Assembly (NCBI RefSeq): GCF_963921235.1
Contig: NC_086097.1
Span: 75,704,001-75,764,000, forward strand
Length of the DNA: 60,000 bases
Direction of reading: 5' to 3'
Source: Mobula hypostoma
Lineage: Eukaryota
Below are positions 51,362 to 60,000 of this stretch, piece after piece. Numbering within the stretch: the stretch's first letter is position 1; every line of letters begins with the position of its first letter. The position numbers and the translations under genes were made by a program. Below the pieces are notes generated by a model. It was given only the letters and a program-made list of their open reading frames with translations. It was not told the origin of the DNA and did no database searches.

Positions 51362-53928
51362 TTAAAAACGCAAACACGAGGAATTCTGCAGGTGCTGGAA
51401 ATTCAAGCAACACACATCAAAGTTGCTGGTGGACGCAGCAGGCCAGGCAGCATCTCTAGGAAGAGGTACAGTCGACGTTTCGGGCCGAGACTCTTTGTCA
51501 GGACTAACTGAAAGAAGAGATAGTAAGAGATTTAAAAGTGAAAGGGGGAGGAGGAGATCCGAAATGATAGGAGAAGACAAGATGGGGAGGGATGGAGCCA
51601 ACAGCTGGACAGTTGATTGGCAAAAGGGATATGAGAGGATCATGGGACAGGAGGCCTAGCGAGAAAGAAAAGGTGGGGGGGACCCAGAGGATGGGCAAGG
51701 GGTGTAGTGAGAGGGACAGAGGGAGAAAAAGGAGAGAGAGAAAAAGAATGTGTGTATATAAATAAATAAATAAATAACAGATGGGGTACGAGGGGGAGGT
51801 GGGGCATTAGCAGAAGTTTAAGAATTTAATGTTCATGCCATCAGGTCGGAGGCTACCCAGACGGAATATAAGATGTTGTTCCTCCAACCTGAGTGTGGCT
51901 TCATCTTTACAGTAGAGGAGGCCGTGGATAGACATATCAGAATGGGAATGGGATGTGGGATTAAAATGTGTGGCCACTGGGAGATCCTGCTTTCTCTGGC
52001 GGCAGAGCGTAGGTGTTCAGCAAAACGATCTTCCAGTCTGCGTCGGGTCTCGCCAATATATAGAAGGCCATGGATGTTTTCACCATGGATGTCCATTCCC
52101 TATATACTTCCATCCCCCATCAGGAAGGTCTCAAAGCTCTCCGCTTCTTTTTGGATTCCAGACCCAATCAGTTCCCCAATAGCACCACTCTGCTCCATCT
52201 AGCGGAATTAGTCCTTACTCTTAATAATTTCTCCTTTGGCTCCTCCCACTTCCTCCAAACTAAAGGTGTAGCTATGGGCACCCGTATGGGTCCTAGCTAT
52301 GCCTGCCTTTTTGTTGGCTTTGAGGAACAATCTATGTTCCAAATCTATTCTGGTATCTGTCCCCCACTTTTCCTTTGCTACATCGACAACTGCATTGGCG
52401 CTGCTTCCTGCACGCATGCTGAGCTCGTTGACTTCATTAACTTTGCCTCCAACTTTCACCCTGCCCTCAAGTTTACCTGGTCCATTTCCGATACCTCCTT
52501 CCCCTTTCTAGATCTTTCTGTCTCTATCTCTGGAGACAGCTTATCTACTGATGTCTACTATAAGCCTACTGACTCTCTCAGCTATCTGGACTATTCCTCT
52601 TCTCACCCTGTCTCTTGCAAATGCCACCCCCTTCTCGCAATTCCTCCGTCTCTGTCACATCTGCTCTCAGGATGAGGCTTTTCATTCCAGGACAAGGGAA
52701 ATGTCCTCTTTTTTTAAAGAAAGGGGCTTCCCTTCCTCCACCATCAACTCTGCTCTCAAACGCATCTCCCCCATTTCACGCACATCTGCTCTCACTCCAA
52801 CTAGAAATAGGGTTCCCCTGGTCCTCACCTACCACTCCACCAGACTCCGGGTCCAACATATTATTCTCCGTAACTTCGCCACCTCCAACGGGATCCCACC
52901 ACTAATAAGCACATCTTTCCCTCACCCCCTCTCTCTGCTTTCCGCAGGGATCGCTCCCTACGCGACTCCCTTGTCCATTCGTTCCCCCCATCCCTCCCCA
53001 CTGATCTCCCTCCTGGCACTTATCCCTGTAAGCGGAACAAGTGCTACATATGCCCTTACACTTCCTCCCTTACCACCATTCAGGGCCCCAGACAGTCCTT
53101 CCAGGTGAGGCGACACTTCACCTGTGAGTCGGCTGAGGTGATATACTGCGTCCGGTGCTCCCGATGTGGCCTTCTATATATTGGTGAGACCCGACTCAGA
53201 CTGGGAAATCGTTTTGCTGAACATCTACGCTCTGTCCGCCAGAGAAAGCAGGATGTCCCAGTGGCCACACATTTTAATTCCACATCCCATTCCCATTCTG
53301 ATATGTCTATCCACAGCCTCCTGTCCTGTAAAGATGAAGCCATGCTCAGGTTGGAGGAACAACACCTTATATTCCATCTGGGTAGCCTCCAACCTGATGG
53401 CACGAGCATTGACTTCTCTATCTTCCGCTAATGCCCCACCTCCCTCTCCGTTATTTATTTTTATTCACACATTCCCTCCCCCTCCTGTCTTCTCCTATCA
53501 TTTTGGATCTCCCCCTCCCCCTTCTCCCCCCCCCCACTTTCAAATCTCTTACTAACTCTTCCTTCAGTTAGTCCTGACAAAGGGTCTCGGCCTGAATTGT
53601 TGACTGTACCTCTTCCTAGAGATGCTGCCTGGCCTGCTGCGTTCACCAGCAACTTTGATGTGTGTTGCTTGAATTTCCAGCATCTGCAGAATTCCTGTTG
53701 TTTGCGTTTAAATTCACTACTGCGAAGCCTCTTCCGGTGATGCCTACACCGAAGAAGTTTAGATCCTCTCTTCGACGGGAGTTCAGTGAAACCATCTCTC
53801 ACTGCTCCCCATCTGTAATTTCTTCGGCTCTTCAACTTTTCGACCACACTTTGACTCAAACTCGCTATCACAGCCATGTATCCTTTCTTGGAAGGTGCCT
53901 CCGTCGCCAACTTACTCCAGTAAGTAAC
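51362..53928 (+). mobile_element. Nested Penelope-like element: inverted 5' segment (51362-52069), RT/GIY-YIG body, pseudo-LTR and start of the next tandem ORF
   Basis: MDVHSLYTSIPH, GVAMGTRMGPSYA, YIDNC, VIYCVRCSRCGLLYIGET; 16-bp TSD with one mismatch; 3' extension encodes TRYHSHVSFLGRCLRRQLTP. Confidence 0.9.
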
Positions 53929-54284
53929 AGTTAGAGAAGTCAATGTTCATTCCATCAGGTTGAAGGCTACCCAGATGGGAAATAAGGTGTTGTTCCTCCA
54001 ACCTGAGTGTGGGTTCATCTTGACAGTAGAGGAGGCCGTGGATAGACATATCAGAATCCGAATGGGACATGGAATTAAAATGTGTGGCCAGGGTTGAGGG
54101 GGATCTAAGATTTTTGAGTTAAATTTTTAATTAGTTTATCACTAATAACTTCAGTAAGTGAGTGATATAATTTCCAAAGTAAGGAGCAGAGGAGTGTTGC
54201 AGAACGGTGACTTAGTATTTATAGGTACATAGTCCTTTGAAAGTAGCCCCATTAGGAAGATGCTGGCACTCCACTTATTTCTAG

Positions 54285-55590
54285 ATAGCTATTTCCCCTC
54301 CACCACTTGTGTCTGGCAGAACTGATACTGCTTACCCTCAATAACTTATCTATCAGTTCCTGCCTCTTCCTTCAGACCAAAGCTGTAGCTGTGGGCACTT
54401 GCATGGGTCCCAGTTATGCTTACCAACTTTCCCAGTTGCCAAACATACATTGGCAAATGCATTGGTGCTGCTTCTTGCATCAATTTCATCAACTTCGCTA
54501 GCAATTTCTACCCCATCCTCAAATTCACTTGGTCTACCTTCAATACTTCTCCCTCTTTTGATCTCCCTGCTTCCAGCTCGGGAGACAAGTTAACCAGAGA
54601 TGACACGTACAAACACACTGACTGTCCCAGATACTTCACCTACACCTCTTCCCACCCTATCACTTGCAAGTATGTAATTCCCTTTTTTCAGTTTCTCTGT
54701 TTCTGCTGCATCTGTTTTCATGATAAGGCTCTCCATTACAGTATAAGCTGAGCTCTCTTTTCAGAAAATGTGGTCTATTTACCCCCCCCTGCCCCCCCGC
54801 AATCTAAGCAGTCTTTGTGCATCTCTTCGACTTCCCATAATTGCGCCCTAACCTTATTTCGCCTTCATCCCATTTCACCATTCCTCTCCCCCCCCAGTCA
54901 TAACAGAGATGGAGTTACCCTTTCTCCTTACCAACCACCCTATAAGCCTTTGCATCCAACATACACTCTGCAACATCCACCATTTTAAATGAGATCCCAC
55001 CACCAGGTACACCTTCCCGTTCCCTCTCCGTTTTCTGCAAGTATCATTCTGTCTCTCTGACTGTCTTGTCCAGTTTCTGCCGACATGTCTGTCAACAGAC
55101 TTCTCTGCTTCCAGTTGATGTGCAGATTAGAGGAAGAGAATCTTGTATTCTAGCTCAGTAGTCTCCATTATGATGACAAGAACATTGATTTCTCTAGCTT
55201 TTGGCAACCACTCCTCTCTGTCCCCCCTTTTTTTCTTATCCTATTGACAACCGTATTCTCCCCTGCTCTTTTAATCTGCCCATCATCACACTTTTTTCTT
55301 GCAGTTCCTCACCTCACCTCTGTTTTATTCACAGGTCTACTGTCCTCTCCTATATGCCTCCTTCTTCAGTCCTTTGTCACTTGCATCTATCACCTCCCAA
55401 CTTCTTGTATCGTTCCCTTTCTTCCCCCTCCCACACCTAGATTCACTCACCAGCTCTTGCCCCACTTCTCCACCCCCTCCACCTCAACATTTTATACTGG
55501 CTGTCTCCCATCCCCTTTTTCTTGATGAAGAGTCTGTCCATTTTCCTCCATAGATATACCTGACCTGCTGAGTTCCTTCAGCTTTTCGTA
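54285..55590 (+). mobile_element. Decayed Penelope-like element
   Basis: FLQTKAVAVGTCMGPSYA, FASNFYPILKFTW; pyrimidine tract; terminus cctgacctgctgagttcc. Confidence 0.8.
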
Positions 55591-55604
55591 GGCTACCTTT
55601 GACT

Positions 55605-56165
55605 ACAGGTGTTGGGATGTCATGTTACAGCTATACAAAATGCCAGTGAGGTTGCATTTGGAGTACTGCGTATAGCTCTGATCAACTTGCTATAGGAAAA
55701 ATGTCATTTATCTGGAAAAGGTGAGAAAAGATTTACAAGGATCTTACCAGGACTGGAAGGTTTGAGTTATAGAGATAGGCTGGATAGGCTTAGACTCTTT
55801 TCCTTCAAGTATTGTAGGTGAGGCATGACCTTATGGAGGCTTATAAAAACACAAGGGGAACAGTCTTTTCACTAGGATAGGGTGTCCAAAACTAGAAGGC
55901 ATAGGTTTAAAGTGGAAGAGGAAAGATTTAAAAGGGAGCTGAGAGGCAACTTTTTCATGCAGAACTTTGTGTTGCAGCTGCAAGAGGAGGTTCGACAGAC
56001 AAGTACAATTACAGCATTTGAAGGGCATTTATATAACTACCTGGGTAGGAATATTTTAGAGGGATATAGGCCAAATGCAGGCAAATGGGACTACCTCAGT
56101 TCGATAACTTGATTAATATCTGCAAGATGGGCTGGAGCATATTTCTGTGCTGTTTACCTCTGTAG
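55605..56165 (+). mobile_element. Decayed CR1 3' portion
   Basis: MLQLYKMPVRLHLEYC, SKTRRHRFKVEEERFKRELRGNFF. Confidence 0.75.
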
Positions 56166-59100
56166 TTCTGACCAATAATCTTTTGATGTTGGATTTTTTT
56201 AAATGTTTAATTTTTGCTTAATCCTTTGCTTCATTGTTTTGAAATCCACTTTGCCTCCTCCCTCATCCGCCATTCATTCACCTTTGTGGTCTGCATATCT
56301 TTGCAGTCATTGCTTTGACTGCTATTTCCCATTTCTGTTCTGTGCTACTCAGTCATATTGATTCAGGAGATTGTGGTTCATACTGGTTCCTGATCTGCTT
56401 TTCAACTTGGCTGACAATAAAAATTCATATTGAATCCAGATATAATGAAAGACTGGTGACGTTTAGCCATAAGGAACCATAAAGCATACTGAATTGTATC
56501 CAGTTCCATTGACTGAGAAATGAGAGCCATTGTATATTGAATCAGTTGCAGAATGTCACAAATCTGCATTGGAAGTAAATATTTTAAAGAAGCCGCAGTT
56601 TTAAGAATCTTGCCTATAATAGAGATTAATGGTACCAAAAAAAGAACAATATTAAGATCTCTCCCAGTTATTGCAAGCCCAAAATGGCTGCTTTCGTTTG
56701 TGATTTGGAGATGTTTTGAATAGTTTCTACTTTTTCAAAGGAGATCTAGACAAATAATTTTAACATTAATTTAGTGGCCCTTCAAAGTTGATCATCAATA
56801 CATTTACAGCCACTAATCTCCGGTTACTGAAGAGGTTAAGTACCAAAAGAGACATCGTTGCACAAAATTTGTGTGGCTGGAGAATGTTAAACCCTTAACT
56901 TGGACAGGAGATACCAATTGTGGATGATAAAAAAATTCAGAAGCTGGACAATTTTCTCCCAGTAGGGATACATAAACCGGGGACAAACCCAACCTGTTTT
57001 GACAAAGTGAAACACAACGGCTGAAATTTAAGTCATTCATCCAGTGGTTGTTGCTGCCAGATGAAAGAGCACAGGTATTTGAGAGGCTTATTTCCGTATT
57101 TTAAATAGCCTGTTTATTTCACACACTCCTTATTAACCCAATCAAAAAAAACTGTTAAATGCTATTTTTTATGACCTGTGTTTGAAAATCATTCTCTAGT
57201 TGTGTTCTTTAGCCTTCATTGTAGTGGATGAAACTGTCATTAAGGGACAAATTAAATAAAGCCCTTTGTTGATGCGATGATTCATTTGAGTGAATATCTG
57301 CTAACTAAAATAGAGCTATCCAGGAAAATTAAACAGGTGTTAAGTCCATATTGTGTATTTGATGGGTAAAATTAAATGTGCCTGCCTTTTATTCTTGCCT
57401 TATTGGTGACTTTCTTACATTAATATGTTCCACTGAGCTATTAATTTTTAGTTTTTTTGAGTAAATTATTGTGGTCTTCCTCATTCAATCCTGATACTTG
57501 TTGAATTTGGTTAGTTAACATAAACATATATGATCATTTTTAAAATCTTATTGCACTTAGAGCCTCAAATAATTTTAGCGTCATTAAATAGATTAGTCAG
57601 TTGTTAAGTCTTAAAATTATCAGTGTACACTCTGGAATGTTATCAGCAGATCATTCATTACCCTGGATAAGACAAAATCAAAATGTACCTTTTTTTCCCC
57701 AAAATTTTATTTTATACTGTATTTAACTATGGGAACCATTTTTAAATAATGTAGTACATGTTATTTTAAACAGACAATTCCAGTTATTTGAGGATGTACT
57801 CTAAAACTTTCGAATTTTGAAATTTTGAAATTTTTTTCACTGAAGTGGAATTTGGTTATACTTAACTGGTTTTACTTAGCTATTCTAATTTTTGTCAGAA
57901 AACAATACTGAACTTGCTACAGGACGTAGTTGTACAATGTTTTACAATTGCATGACATAATAGTTATTAAGACAGGTTTTATTTCCTTGCCTTTTTGTTT
58001 TCTGTGGACGTTATGACCTGAAAGGATGCAGTGTGGAGATAACACAATTGCATTTAATTTACTCTGGTAATTAAATTGTATTTTATTACACTTAGTGATT
58101 AGCATGCTGAGTATATCTTAAACAATCAGTTCAGTGCCACTAACCTTTACCTTTATGTTTTGAAATATCATCTGCATTAATTATGATAGCATCCTCCTCT
58201 GGAAATCTCAATTTCCACCTCTCCCCATCCTTGAACCATTTAAAGAATTATTAGTAGATTGCTTCTTTGATATCCATTTTTGGATAAAGTTGTCTGCTGT
58301 AGTTGAATGTTGACCAGTCTACTAACTTAATTCTGTTTTAGAATTATCTAGATTATTTGAGCTCAGCATTCCATACAAACATTTGATTTTCAGTATACCA
58401 TAGCAAAGGCCATTTACTTCCATGACTGTATTAAAAAAAAGTACTGCTTCCATTTAACTTTATTCTGTCATAAATGGAAACATCAAGTACAGTTATTTCC
58501 AGCCTTAACAGTTCCACCTCTCACCCAGTCAATTGTCCATTCTCTAGCAAGCCCCAATTCATCAAAAACTACTTTTATTCTGCCAGTCACGCAGTGACAT
58601 TAAGTTGTTCTGTATATTCCTGATCTACAGTTCCTTGTGATTTTTAGAATTCCCATTATTGTGCTTAAGTTACAGTTAAGCTTTGGCCTTGTGCATCTCC
58701 TCCATTACCTTCACCTTACTTTGGTCCAAGTTTCTTTTAACCATATTTGAGGAAATCTCTAAAATATCACCCATAAAACACCCTAAAAATGTTTATCTGG
58801 AGCTTAAAGACCAGAAAAGATGCAGGAAATTGAATATTTAACATTGTCAAATCCTTCCTTTACTGTGGGAAATCTCAAGCTTTTATAGCCAATGAAGTAC
58901 TCTTGAGATTGCCATTTCTGTTGTAATGTTAGAAACATTGCCACTAATTTGCGCACAGCAAGGTTCCATAAATAGCACTAAGATTAACAACCAAGTAATC
59001 TGCAAATTTTGAGGATGTCATTCATGGATTTTAAAAAGTTGTTAATCATTTTACGTATGTTTCCTATTTGCTTTCCATAATGGCAGATTCGGCCTTTAGT

Positions 59101-59779
59101 TCCATTTTCATTATTGCCTTCAGAAAGGTTAATATTTTTGTTTTCCATTTTACTTTTCATCTGTGAAGTTCTGTCATCTAATATTTTTGTGACTGCATTT
59201 TGAAAGATTCCTGGCCAGTTCTGGTATTCTGTTTTGGAAGATATCCTTAAACTGTCTTGACCCCTTTGAAGCCTGTCCACATCAGCACATTATGGTTTAC
59301 CCTTAGCTTTTTACTAAAACAAGGCCTTAAATATATGATGCACAAGATTTTGCACATGTTTATTTTACATGAAAGTTTAACATGAAACACAAACAGTGAT
59401 TCCTGTTTGATTTGTCAGAAAATTCTTTTGGTTCTTGGTCTGATTGAATTTGTGTTAAATTGCTCATAGGTGTACGTTGGTATAGTATATGTGATCTGAA
59501 GAATGTATTGATGCAATTTTCTGTCAGCTTCAAATTTGATTGTTAAAAGAAGCTTTTGTTTCATGAATTTTGATTTGCCCATCTCTTTTTTGGTCTAGTC
59601 ACTGAACGTCAAAGAGCAGTAAGTGGGCAGTGTACATGCAAAAGCAATTTGCAAGCCAAAGACGTGAAACTTCAGTTCTTAGCAACAGAAGCATGCTGCA
59701 AAGTAGTCTTGCATAAAATATTTGAAATTTGATACTTTTAGACAATGATATTTTGCAATACTGAAAATAAATTTAACCA

Positions 59780-60000
59780 AACAGCGGGAATTCTGCAGAT
59801 GCTGGAAATTGAAGCAACACACATCAAAGTTGCTGGTGAACGCAGCAGGCCAGGCAGCATCGCTAGGAAGAGGTACCATCGACGTTTCAGGCCGAGACCC
59901 TTCGTCAGGATTAACTGAAGGAAGAGTTAGTAAGAGATTTGAAAGTGGGAGGGGGAGGGGGAGATCCAAAATGATAGGAGAAGACAGGAGGGGGAGGGAT
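59780..60000 (-). mobile_element. Penelope-like pseudo-LTR, running off the window end
   Basis: Near-identical to 8455-8680. Confidence 0.9.
59877..59912 (-). ncRNA. Minimal type I hammerhead ribozyme motif, intact core
   Basis: Reverse complement aatc-CTGACGA-agggtctcggcct-GAAA-cg-TC-gatg. Confidence 0.68.

Larger units (their letters stand above)
50922..54090 (-). mobile_element. Penelope-like 3' fragment (50922-51361 + 53929-54090), split by a nested PLE
   Basis: Pseudo-LTR sequence breaks at agttagataagtcaat (51346-51361) and resumes at agttagagaagtcaat (53929-53944). Confidence 0.8.

Noticed and set aside
1..60000. CRISPR array, operon or prokaryotic defence system
   Set aside because: No regularly spaced repeat-spacer array or dense gene structure; the DNA is vertebrate intron, and all RT and nuclease motifs belong to eukaryotic TEs

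Overview
Vertebrate genomic DNA. The repeat content (V-SINE/HE1-like SINEs, CR1, Rex1/Babar, abundant Penelope-like elements) suggests a cartilaginous fish, probably a ray; this is inference. The only host coding sequence I can support is one 175-bp + strand exon (19931-20105) encoding the N-terminal EVH1 domain of a SPRED protein, most like SPRED1 exon 2. The rest of the window is therefore probably intron 1 (at least 19.9 kb) and intron 2 (at least 39.9 kb). Roughly half is transposable elements, often nested with readable target-site duplications (TSDs). These include Rex1/Babar and CR1 LINEs, Penelope-like elements (PLEs: RT + GIY-YIG), a Gypsy-type solo LTR inside a Tc1 TIR, a Tigger > hAT-Charlie > hAT-MITE triple nest, a Harbinger MITE, a MER2-like Tigger, SINEs and a probable Helitron end. 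The most interesting signal is the PLE system. Its terminal repeats carry minimal type I hammerhead ribozyme motifs (three with intact cores) and repeatedly form TSD-bounded inverted hairpin insertions with a 34-38 nt asymmetric overhang inside the host pre-mRNA. Hammerheads in PLEs are known in general, so I cannot claim a wholly new system. All calls were made by eye without database searches.
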